Shown: in pieces, positions 1-8,789 of the stretch
How the letters are laid out: each line of letters starts with the position of its first letter
Position numbering within the stretch: position 1 is the stretch's first letter
Assembly (NCBI GenBank): GCA_965228895.1
Contig: OZ245842.1
Location: forward strand, 1,184,001 to 1,248,000
DNA from: Alphaproteobacteria bacterium
GTDB taxonomy: Bacteria; Pseudomonadota; Alphaproteobacteria; SP197
Direction of reading: 5' to 3'
Length of the DNA: 64,000 nt
The notes under the pieces: generated by a model
Database searches by the model: none
What the model was told of the DNA's origin: nothing
What the model saw: only the letters and a program-made list of their open reading frames with translations
Translations under genes and position numbers: made by a program

Positions 1-172
1 GTCCTTGACCGACCACCAGGTCACCGTTGCCTTCGATCAGCGTCGCGTAGCCGACTTCGACGCCCGGCACATCGGTGATGGCATTGTTGGTTCCGGGCGA
101 CCCCTTGAACGGAATACCGAGCGCGCGGGCGCGCGTTTTGCCGGCGGGGGTGGCGAGCAGGGAATTCGTCAT
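1..172 (-). CDS. P1/S58 (DmpA-like) aminopeptidase, 5' part only (runs off the window)
   Basis: Manual translation MTNSLLATPAGKTRARALGIPFKGSPGTNNAITDVPGVEVGYATL; RAR.LGI and NAITDVPGV.VG are typical of the DmpA N-terminus. Confidence 0.85.
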   Translation of the reverse strand, partial: MTNSLLATPAGKTRARALGIPFKGSPGTNNAITDVPGVEVGYATLIEGNGDLVVGQG

Positions 173-199
173 GAGTTGGCTCCGGAAACGTCGGCGTGA

Positions 200-463
200 T
201 CAGGTCTGGTGAAGGGCCTGCGCAACGCGACTTAGCACATCTTGCTGCTGACGGGAGGTGGTTACCTGAAATCGCTCGAAGTCTGCGTTGGCGGAAAGCC
301 TGATGTCGCAGAACAGGCCGGCATCATCCTCATGAAAGTGCAAGAACGCACGGGACTTGCGATAGAAGACACCGCGTTTGCGTTCGGCAATGCCATCCAG
401 GTCCCGTAGCTTTTCGAGCAGCGGTTCCAGCGTATCGAGCGCGGTCGGACCGGCGTGTCTCAT
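200..463 (-). CDS. small conserved hypothetical protein
   Basis: MRHAGP...GVFYRKSRAFLHFHED; ATG overlaps the stop of the upstream peptidase. Confidence 0.7.
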   Translation of the reverse strand: MRHAGPTALDTLEPLLEKLRDLDGIAERKRGVFYRKSRAFLHFHEDDAGLFCDIRLSANADFERFQVTTSRQQQDVLSRVAQALHQT

Positions 464-2520
464 GCCCCATCGGTCAGCGGGCGGGTGACCGCGTCCAGCC
501 ATTTGGCGGTTTCCGCGTCCAGTCGAGGGGTCAAGGTTTCGCGGACATCGCGGTGATAGGCATCGACCCAGGCGATTTCGTCGCGACTCAGGTCGTCGAC
601 CGCGATCAAACGACGGTCAAGAGGCGCCTTGGTGATCGTCTCGAACCGCAGCATGGGGCGTTCGCCGTCGGTCTCGTCCTCGCGCACGACAACAAGGTTC
701 TCGATGCGAATGCCATAAGCGTTTGTCTTGTAGTAGCCGGGCTCGTTGGAGACGATCATGCCGGGTTTGAGCGCGACGTCACTGGGCCTTTTCGAGATAC
801 TCTGCGGTCCTTCGTGCACCGCCAAGTAGCTGCCGACACCGTGGCCTGTGCCGTGATCATAGTCGAGGCCCATCTGCCACAGGGGCGCGCGGGCGAGCGC
901 ATCGATCTGCGCGCCGCTGGTGCCGGCCGGCACGCGCGCCGTTGCGATGGCAATGTGACCCTTTAAGACCGCCGTGAAGTGACGGCGCTGATCGTCGCTG
1001 GGCTCGCCGACGGCGATGGTGCGGGTCACGTCGGTGGTGCCGTCAACGTACTGACCACCGGAATCAACCAGGTAGAGCTCGCCTTGTTCCAGCTTGCGGT
1101 TGGTCCTTTCGGTCGAGTGGTAGTGCACGATCGCCCCATTCGGACCCGCACCGGAGATCGTGTCGAAGCTGGGCCCCTGATAACGCTCGCCTTCGGCGCG
1201 AAAGGCACCAAGGCGTTCGGCGACGCCCATTTCGTCGAGCTCTTGGTTGCTGCCTGGCGCGGTCTGAATGGCCATCCAGTGCAGGAAACGGGTCAAGGCG
1301 ACGCCGTCGCGAACATGGGCGGCCTTCGATCCCTCGACCTCCACCTCGTTCTTGCACGCCTTGGGCAACCGGCAGGGATCGGCGCCTTCAACAACCGTGC
1401 CGCCGGCCTTGTCAATCCGGTCGGCAAACCACATGGGACCGCTGGCGGCATCCAGGCGGATCGGTTGACCCTTCCTGGCGAGATCGTCGACCGCGGCTGC
1501 CAGGGCCCCCGGCGTGTTGACGATGACGTTGCTCTCCAGGGCTTCAACCAGGGCAGGCGTCAGTTTCCGTCGGTCAACGAAGAGCTGCACGCGACCATTG
1601 GCCTCGACGATAGCCCAGCTCAGGCAGAACGGTGTATTCGGCAAGTCGTGGCCGCGCAGGTTGAGGAGCCAGGCGATCGACGCTGGGTCCGAGAGGATTG
1701 CGGCGCCGTGGCCGTCTTCGGTCAGGGCGGCGGCGACCTCCTCAATTTTATCGGCTGAAGCACGACCGGCCAGTTCGAGCGGATGAACATCAGCCGGTGT
1801 CAGGGGCGCCGCAGGCTGGTTCGACCAGACCGCATCGAGCGGATTGCTGTCGAGCGCCGCAAGATCACCGCCTGCCTTGGCACAGGCCTGTTCCAAGCGC
1901 CGCACCGAAGGCGGCGTGTGGAGCCAGGGATCGAAGGCGAGTGTCTTGCCGTCGCCCAGGTGCTCGGCGATCCAGTCGGCGGGCGGCTCTTCAATCAGGT
2001 GGCGGCGCTCAAAGAGATCGCCGTTGACTTCGCCTTCGGCCTGTAAGGTGTAGCGACCATCGACAAAGACCGCTGCCTTGTCGGTCAGGACGACGGCGAG
2101 GCCGGCGGAACCGGAAAAGCCGGTCAACCACAGAAGCCGGTTGCTGCGGGCGGCGACGTACTCACCCTGGTGCTGGTCGGCGCGCGGTATGAGAAATCCG
2201 TCGACGCCGCGCCGGGTCAGTTCCTCGCGCAGCGCCTTCAAGCGCCAAGCCGGGGCGGGTGGTCCGGCGGCGAGGCCATCCTGGTGATCGGCAGCCATGA
2301 CCTGTTTGAGCGCCTTGAGCTCGTTCGCAAGTTCATCATCGGGATCCGGGTCGATCAGCCCGATCCAGGCCTCGGGCTGCCAGATCGGTGGCGCCGCGAT
2401 AACGCCGGCCAGCAGATCGCGGACATCGGCCACGCTCTTGCCCGACTTCGCCCGCGCCAGCAGGCCGGCGAGCACGGCGTCGCCGCGATAGGATCCTTGA
2501 TTCTTGTTTGCTGCGGTCAT
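460..2520 (-). CDS. Xaa-Pro aminopeptidase (M24, aminopeptidase P) with N-terminal extension
   Basis: LTGFSGSAG, DGRY, DSGGQY.DGTTDVTRT, HGTGHGVG...HEGP, NEPGYY, GIRIEN; start placed at MTAANK. Confidence 0.93.
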   Translation of the reverse strand: MTAANKNQGSYRGDAVLAGLLARAKSGKSVADVRDLLAGVIAAPPIWQPEAWIGLIDPDPDDELANELKALKQVMAADHQDGLAAGPPAPAWRLKALREELTRRGVDGFLIPRADQHQGEYVAARSNRLLWLTGFSGSAGLAVVLTDKAAVFVDGRYTLQAEGEVNGDLFERRHLIEEPPADWIAEHLGDGKTLAFDPWLHTPPSVRRLEQACAKAGGDLAALDSNPLDAVWSNQPAAPLTPADVHPLELAGRASADKIEEVAAALTEDGHGAAILSDPASIAWLLNLRGHDLPNTPFCLSWAIVEANGRVQLFVDRRKLTPALVEALESNVIVNTPGALAAAVDDLARKGQPIRLDAASGPMWFADRIDKAGGTVVEGADPCRLPKACKNEVEVEGSKAAHVRDGVALTRFLHWMAIQTAPGSNQELDEMGVAERLGAFRAEGERYQGPSFDTISGAGPNGAIVHYHSTERTNRKLEQGELYLVDSGGQYVDGTTDVTRTIAVGEPSDDQRRHFTAVLKGHIAIATARVPAGTSGAQIDALARAPLWQMGLDYDHGTGHGVGSYLAVHEGPQSISKRPSDVALKPGMIVSNEPGYYKTNAYGIRIENLVVVREDETDGERPMLRFETITKAPLDRRLIAVDDLSRDEIAWVDAYHRDVRETLTPRLDAETAKWLDAVTRPLTDGA

Positions 2521-2616
2521 GATCCCGTCCAGATTTGAAGCCCGGAGGGTAGCGGGCCGCGGGCGCGTGTGGCAACAAGGGGTCTCACGAACAACCGCAA
2601 GGCACGGCGAGGTACG

Positions 2617-3384
2617 ATGACCGGCGGCGTCGACATCCTTCAGATTACCGATTTGCACATCCACAGCGATCCGGCAAGGCGCGTTCACGGTCGTGATACG
2701 CTTACCACGCTTCAGCACGTTGTCGATGCGATTGGCCGCGACGAGACGGCGCCGGCCATGGTCTTGGCGACCGGCGACCTGACCGATAATGCCGACCCCA
2801 TCGCCTATCAGCGGCTGCGGCCGCTGCTGTCGGCGTTGGGCTCGCCCGTTTACGTCATTCCCGGCAACCACGATCTTGTACCCGCCATGGACGAGCACCT
2901 GGTCGGCGAACCCATCCGCCATGTGGGTTCTGTGACGGCCGCCGATTGGACGCTGGTGTTTGTCGACACGACGATTCCCCACCAGACCGAAGGGCATCTC
3001 GACGATGACCGGTTGGCCGACGTGGACCGCGAAATCAGCAAGGCGGCCACGCCCTTTGTCATGGTTGTCATGCATCACCAGCCGGTGCCGATCGGTAGTC
3101 CGCTCGACACGTGCGGATTGATGAACGCCGATGCGCTCTATGAGGTGCTGGACCGGTACCCGGCCGTGAAGGGGCTGCTATGGGGTCACATCCACCACAC
3201 ACACGACAGTGACCGCAATGGCGTCAGACGGTTGGGGACGCCCTCGACCTGCGCACAGTTTCTCAACAAGATGGGGACCGATGCTGAGTTTACCGATGAG
3301 CCGCCGGCCTATCGCCGACTTCGGCTGAAGGATGACGGCACGATCGAGACCGCTGTCGTCTGGGTCGACGAGGCGCTCGCTTAA
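2617..3384 (+). CDS. cpdA: 3',5'-cyclic nucleotide phosphodiesterase (CpdA/Icc metallophosphoesterase)
   Basis: DLH, TGDL, PGNHD, HHQP, GHIH, TPSTC motifs. Confidence 0.85.
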   Translation: MTGGVDILQITDLHIHSDPARRVHGRDTLTTLQHVVDAIGRDETAPAMVLATGDLTDNADPIAYQRLRPLLSALGSPVYVIPGNHDLVPAMDEHLVGEPIRHVGSVTAADWTLVFVDTTIPHQTEGHLDDDRLADVDREISKAATPFVMVVMHHQPVPIGSPLDTCGLMNADALYEVLDRYPAVKGLLWGHIHHTHDSDRNGVRRLGTPSTCAQFLNKMGTDAEFTDEPPAYRRLRLKDDGTIETAVVWVDEALA

Positions 3385-4265
3385 CTCTTGTTTGTCATCA
3401 CCAGAGCGGTCCAGCCGCGCAGATCGTGGCGGTCGACAAGGACCAGACCATGACGTTCGTGCGCGGCCACGGCAGCTTTGGCCTGGTCGACCAAGAGGCC
3501 CGACAGAACAGCCGTCCCGCCAGACGCCAGATGATGCGCCAGGTCGCCCGCCATGGCGATTAACGGACGCAGAAGGATGTTGGCGGCGATCAGATCGTAA
3601 GGACCATGTACGCCGACCTCTGGCGCGCTGTAACCATCGCCTTCTACGATGACGACCTGCTTGTCGACATGATTGGCCATGACGGCCTCGCGCGCGAAAC
3701 GAACGGAGGGCGTGTCGTTGTCGACACCCAGTACCGTTGCGGCGGGCCATCGCTTGGCCATCGCGATGGCCAGAATGCCGGAACCGCATCCCATATCGAG
3801 GGCACGCTCGACGTCGGCTGTCGCCGCGAGCGCATCGATGGCCATCAAGCAGCCTTCGGTCGTCGCGTGTTCGCCCGATCCGAACGCCGGACCGGCATCG
3901 ATAACGATCGGTATCAGGTCGTTGTCGGGCGCGGCCGTATGGCTGCCGTGGATCCAAAAACCAGCCGCGGCGAGCGGTGGAAATGCCGCGAGGTTCTCGC
4001 TGACCCAATCGCGGGGCTCCAGTTGCGCGATGTCGAGATCATCGATCACATGGGTCTCGGTACCCAATGCCGCAACAAGGGCATTAATCAAGGCGTTATG
4101 CGCGGGCTCATCGGCAAATAGCGCGGTGACACGCCATGATGGGCCGCCGTCCGACTCAAAACTGCTGATCGATTGCGCGCCGGTTTCGCTCAAGACGGCA
4201 TCGACCGCTTCGACATCGCCCGGCGCGACGGCCAATGTGACTTGCCAAAGTGGCTGATCAGTCAT
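3381..4265 (-). CDS. prmA: ribosomal protein L11 methyltransferase
   Basis: AFGSGEHATT, LDMGCGSGILAI, DLIAANIL. Confidence 0.93.
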   Translation of the reverse strand: MTDQPLWQVTLAVAPGDVEAVDAVLSETGAQSISSFESDGGPSWRVTALFADEPAHNALINALVAALGTETHVIDDLDIAQLEPRDWVSENLAAFPPLAAAGFWIHGSHTAAPDNDLIPIVIDAGPAFGSGEHATTEGCLMAIDALAATADVERALDMGCGSGILAIAMAKRWPAATVLGVDNDTPSVRFAREAVMANHVDKQVVIVEGDGYSAPEVGVHGPYDLIAANILLRPLIAMAGDLAHHLASGGTAVLSGLLVDQAKAAVAAHERHGLVLVDRHDLRGWTALVMTNKS

Positions 4266-4291
4266 GGATGGGGAGCGCTCGGCGATCGTGC

Positions 4292-6559
4292 TCAGACCGG
4301 CTCGACAAACTCGGCCATGACCTTCTTGTCACCGGCCTTGTCGAAGGCGATGTCGAGTTTGTTGCCATCAATCGCCTGGACTTGGCCGTAGCCGAACTTC
4401 TGGTGGAACACGCGGGTGCCGATATCCGGCACGCCGCGCCCCTGGCCGACGGGGATGTAGACCTCGCTGCCGTCATCGAAGCGCTTGGCGCGGGCTTCGA
4501 CGACCCGGTAGTAGTTCGACTGCCGGCCACCGAAACTGGGTCGACGCATGGCAGATTCCCAGAGCGACTCGTCGTCCTGTTCGATGTCGTAACCGGTGTT
4601 GTCGCCGCGGTCGATGTGCTCGGTGGGCAATTCGTCGATAAAGCGCGATGGGATGTTGTTCTGCCACTGACCGTGCACGGTGCGGTTGCCGGCATAGAGG
4701 ATGATCGCGCGCGTCTTGGCGCGCGTGATGCCGACATAAGCGAGCCGGCGCTCTTCTTCGAGCCCGGCGTAACCGTTTTCGTCGATGGCCATCTGGTTGG
4801 GGAAGACGCCTTCCTCCCAGCCGGGCAGAAACACCGTCTCGAACTCCAGCCCTTTGGCGCTGTGCAGCGTCATGATGTTAGCCATGTCTTCATCGGGGCC
4901 GGTCTCGACATCCATGACCAGGCTCACGTGGTCCAGGAAGTCGGCGAGGGTTTCGAACTCCGCCATGGCGCGGACCAGCTCTTTCAGGTTCTCCAGCCGG
5001 CCCGGTGCCTGCACGGATTTGTCCTGCATCCACATCATGGTGTAGCCGGACTCATCCAACACCAACTCGGCCAGTTCCGAGGGTGGCATGGTGGCCGCTT
5101 CGGATCGCCAGCGCGCGAGGTCCTCGACAAAGCCGCGCAATGAGGAACGGCGTTGCGGCGGCAGTTCGTCGGTCTCCACGACAAGCTGGGACGCCGTCAG
5201 CAGCGACTGGCCGCGGCTGCGCGCGATTGCGTAGAGGGTCTGCAGCGATTTGTCGCCTAAGCCGCGCTTGGGCGTGTTCACGACCCGTTGGAAGGCGAGG
5301 TCGTCGTCAGGCTGGTTCAACAGGCGGAAATAGGCGATGGCGTCGCGGATTTCCTGGCGCTCGTAGAACCTGAGGCCGCCGATGACCCGGTAGGGTACGC
5401 CGATGGTAATCAGACGTTCCTCGAAAGCGCGGGTCTGATAGCCCGCGCGCACCAGGATCGCCATGTGATTGAGCCGATGATCCTGGCGCTGCAACTCCTC
5501 GATCTTTTCGCCGACCGTGCGGGCCTCTTCGGCCTCGTCCCAGACGCCTTGAACATGCACGGGCTCGCCGTCGTCGCCGTCAGGCGGCTCGGTAAACAGC
5601 GTCTTGCCGAGGCGGCTCTGGTTGTGCGCGATGAGACCGGAAGCGGCGCCCAGGATGTTGGCCGTCGAGCGATAGTTGCGCTCCAGCCGAACCACGGTGG
5701 CGCCGGGGAAGTCGTCTTCGAAGCGCAGGATGTTGCCGACTTCCGCGCCGCGCCAGCCATAGATCGACTGGTCGTCGTCGCCGACGCAGCAGATGTTGCG
5801 CTCGCCCTGGGCCAGTAGCCGCAGCCACAGGTATTGTGAGACGTTGGTGTCCTGGTATTCGTCGACCAGGATGTAGCGGAAGCGCCGCTGGTAATCGGCC
5901 AGCACGTCCTCGTGCTCGGTAAAGAGTTTCAGGCAGAGCAGCAGCAGATCGCCGAAATCGGCGGCGTTGAGGGTTGCCAGCCGTGCCTGATAGTCCCGAT
6001 AAAGCTCGACCGCCTTGCCGTGGGCGAAGTCGCCGACGTCTTCGGCCGGCACCTTGTCCGGCATCCAGCCCTTGTCTTTCCAGCGGCTGATGATGGCGGC
6101 GAGCGCGCGGCCGGGCCAGCGCTTCTCGTCGATCCGCGCGGCCTCGATGACCTGTTTGATCAGGCGCAGCTGGTCGTCGGTATCCAGGATCGTGAAGTTC
6201 GACTTCAGCCCGACCAGTTCGGCATGACGGCGCAGGATGCGCGCGCCAATGGCGTGGAAGGTGCCCAGCCACATGCCGTCGGTCGGCCGGCCGATCAGGC
6301 CGGCGATCCGGTCCGACATTTCGCGCGCGGCCTTGTTGGTAAAGGTGACCGCCAGAATCTGACCGGGCATGGCGCGGCGTGTCTGCAGAATGTAGGCGAG
6401 GCGCACAGTCAGCACGCGTGTCTTGCCGGTGCCGGCGCCGGCCAGCACCAGAACCGGGCCGTCGGCGGCCTCGACCGCCTGGCGCTGCGCGTCGTTCAGA
6501 TTGCGCAGCAGGTGGTCGGCCGGCGCAGGAGCAGGTGTTGCGATTTCCATCTGGGACAT
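4292..6559 (-). CDS. uvrD: UvrD/PcrA SF1 DNA helicase
   Basis: AGAGTGKT, VDEYQD, VGDDDQSIYGWRGA, TLHSAKGLEF, EERRLAYV, C-terminal HQKFGYG. Confidence 0.95.
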   Translation of the reverse strand: MSQMEIATPAPAPADHLLRNLNDAQRQAVEAADGPVLVLAGAGTGKTRVLTVRLAYILQTRRAMPGQILAVTFTNKAAREMSDRIAGLIGRPTDGMWLGTFHAIGARILRRHAELVGLKSNFTILDTDDQLRLIKQVIEAARIDEKRWPGRALAAIISRWKDKGWMPDKVPAEDVGDFAHGKAVELYRDYQARLATLNAADFGDLLLLCLKLFTEHEDVLADYQRRFRYILVDEYQDTNVSQYLWLRLLAQGERNICCVGDDDQSIYGWRGAEVGNILRFEDDFPGATVVRLERNYRSTANILGAASGLIAHNQSRLGKTLFTEPPDGDDGEPVHVQGVWDEAEEARTVGEKIEELQRQDHRLNHMAILVRAGYQTRAFEERLITIGVPYRVIGGLRFYERQEIRDAIAYFRLLNQPDDDLAFQRVVNTPKRGLGDKSLQTLYAIARSRGQSLLTASQLVVETDELPPQRRSSLRGFVEDLARWRSEAATMPPSELAELVLDESGYTMMWMQDKSVQAPGRLENLKELVRAMAEFETLADFLDHVSLVMDVETGPDEDMANIMTLHSAKGLEFETVFLPGWEEGVFPNQMAIDENGYAGLEEERRLAYVGITRAKTRAIILYAGNRTVHGQWQNNIPSRFIDELPTEHIDRGDNTGYDIEQDDESLWESAMRRPSFGGRQSNYYRVVEARAKRFDDGSEVYIPVGQGRGVPDIGTRVFHQKFGYGQVQAIDGNKLDIAFDKAGDKKVMAEFVEPV

Positions 6560-6605
6560 GGCTTTACCGGAAACTAGCACAAAATAGCAACATCTGACAT
6601 GGGGA

Positions 6606-8366
6606 CTAAATCGTCCCGCCGCGCGATTCGGTGCTTGCATCGACCAGCGCGCGGTTGTGTTCGCGCACCAGATCGCGCTTTCTGACGATACCTTGAAGCT
6701 GCATGGTCGAGGCGTTATCGACGACGGGGATGAAGTCGTCGTCGCATTTGTCCATGCGGTCGAGCGCTTCGGCCAAGTCGTCCTGCGGCGTCAGAAGAAC
6801 ACGCGGCTCGCGCGCCAGTTGGCCGGCGGTTTTGTGGTCGTCGTCGGCATCGCTGAAAAGCAGCGGGCGTAGATCCTCCAAGGTTACCACACCAAGGAGT
6901 TTTCGGTCGGTGCCGACCACCACGAAGTCACCCTTGGGCGAGTCCGCCAGTGCGGCGAGAATGGTTGTTTTGTCAGCGTCCGGCGCCAGACTTGGGGCCT
7001 CTCGATCAAGGATTTTGCGCACCCTTGTGTCGCGCATCAAGGCGCGGACCTGGCCGCCGGTGACGTCGACGTTGCGGCGTTCAAGATGCCAGCGGAAGAA
7101 TGACTTGCCGATCACGTGATTGGTAATCAGTGACGCCAAGGCGGTGGCGATCATGACAGCGATCGTCAGGTCGAAGTTCGCCGTCAACTCGAACACGATC
7201 AGGATGGTGGAAATTGGCGCACCCAGCACGGCGCCCGCCACCGCGCCCATGCCGACGATGGCATAGACGGAATGGTGGCTGGCGTAGTCCGGCAGGGCAA
7301 GGCTCGCAATCAAGCCAAACGCGCCGCCCAGCATGGCGCCGACGAAGATCGACGGAGAAAAGACGCCACCGCCAAAACCCGATCCCAACGTGATCGACGT
7401 CGCCACGGTCTTCAGGACGACAAGGGTCAACAACAGCGCAATCGTCATGCCGCCGTGCAACGCGGTGTCGGTTGCATCGTAGCCGACACCCAGAACCTGG
7501 GGGTAGAAGATGGCGATGGCGCCGACCAGAAGACCGCCGCCGATGGGACGTAGCATCATCGGGATTTTGAGCGATGACAGGGTGTCCTGAACAAAGAAGA
7601 TGCCGAACATGAAGAGATAGGCGACGGCTGCGGCGACAATGCCGAGCAGGGCGAAGGCCGGTGTTTCCCACAGCGAAACGATGATGTGCGATTCCAAGGC
7701 GAAGGCCGGATAGTCGCCGAAGGCAATGCGCGTCACGATGGTGCCCATGACCGATGCCAGCACCACCGGCGCGAAGGCGGCCAGGCCGTAGTGGCCGATC
7801 ACCACTTCGAGAGCGAAGAAAACGCCGGCGATCGGCGCGTTGAACGAAGCGGCGATGCCGGCCGCCACGCCGCACCCCAGCAACGTCATGGTCAGGCTGC
7901 GCCTGAGCTTGAACCACTGGGCGACGGTCGAGGCGAGGACCGCGCCGATATGAACGACCGGTCCCTCGCGTCCGGCCGACGCGCCGAAGCCGAGCGAGGT
8001 GAAAGACCCGAGCGCGGCGACAAAGCCATCGCGCAGTTTCATGCGCCCGCCATGCAGCGCGCTCGCCTCGATGACATCCGGCACGCCATGGAAGCGCCGG
8101 TCACTTGTCAGAAACCGCGCCATCAGGGCAATGACCAGACCGCCGGCGGCGGGCGCCAGCAGGACCTGCCACCACGGCAGCGATGCGACGAAGGAGTTCA
8201 GCCGATCGGTACCGCTGCCGTAGACGAGGAACTGGACGCCCGAGATAGCGTAGCGAAAGGCGACGCCGCCCAGGCCGGCCGCCAATCCGGTGATGATCGC
8301 AAGGAGCGCCAGCACAATCTGTTCGTTGCGGAAAAAACCGGCAACGCGCGACCACCCCGTCTCCAT
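6606..8366 (-). CDS. ClC chloride channel/antiporter with CBS domains
   Basis: G(V)PDV, GREGP, GGVFSP signatures; hydrophilic C-terminal CBS pair. Confidence 0.92.
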   Translation of the reverse strand: METGWSRVAGFFRNEQIVLALLAIITGLAAGLGGVAFRYAISGVQFLVYGSGTDRLNSFVASLPWWQVLLAPAAGGLVIALMARFLTSDRRFHGVPDVIEASALHGGRMKLRDGFVAALGSFTSLGFGASAGREGPVVHIGAVLASTVAQWFKLRRSLTMTLLGCGVAAGIAASFNAPIAGVFFALEVVIGHYGLAAFAPVVLASVMGTIVTRIAFGDYPAFALESHIIVSLWETPAFALLGIVAAAVAYLFMFGIFFVQDTLSSLKIPMMLRPIGGGLLVGAIAIFYPQVLGVGYDATDTALHGGMTIALLLTLVVLKTVATSITLGSGFGGGVFSPSIFVGAMLGGAFGLIASLALPDYASHHSVYAIVGMGAVAGAVLGAPISTILIVFELTANFDLTIAVMIATALASLITNHVIGKSFFRWHLERRNVDVTGGQVRALMRDTRVRKILDREAPSLAPDADKTTILAALADSPKGDFVVVGTDRKLLGVVTLEDLRPLLFSDADDDHKTAGQLAREPRVLLTPQDDLAEALDRMDKCDDDFIPVVDNASTMQLQGIVRKRDLVREHNRALVDASTESRGGTI

Positions 8367-8461
8367 CACCGAACCAACCGGCCCGGAGACGGGACGGCTA
8401 CACCAAAAATTGAACGGGTGACGCGTTCCATCACGGGGCGAACCAGACTGCCAAGCGCGAT

Positions 8462-8659
8462 CTAGCCGGCCTCAGGAGGATCGTTGTCCTCGGATGTCTT
8501 GCTGTTGGACTCGGGGCTTGGCGTGCTGAGGGAGAGCTGGCGGGTCATATCGTCGCTAAAGCCGCGCCCACCGGGAGTTTTTCGCCGTCTCGGCCGTCGT
8601 TTTTCGCCGCCGGCTTCCTTGGCCTGTTTGTACCGGTTGAAATCTACGACTTCGCCCAT
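8462..8659 (-). CDS. small hypothetical protein
   Basis: MGEVVDFNRYK start, GGAG RBS. Confidence 0.55.
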   Translation of the reverse strand: MGEVVDFNRYKQAKEAGGEKRRPRRRKTPGGRGFSDDMTRQLSLSTPSPESNSKTSEDNDPPEAG

Positions 8660-8789
8660 TGCTCCAACGTTTGTACGCGTTGTTCGTTTCGTCGTTTGTT
8701 CAATGCCCCGTTCGCACCTAGATTAAAGCAAAGGGCCGGGCGCGCAACAAGGCGGGACACCGAATCCGCCAAAAGGGAGGGCAAAGAAG

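Noticed and set aside
2521-3078. N-terminal 186 aa of the 872-aa ORF
   Set aside because: Antisense to cpdA; the peptidase more plausibly starts at 2520
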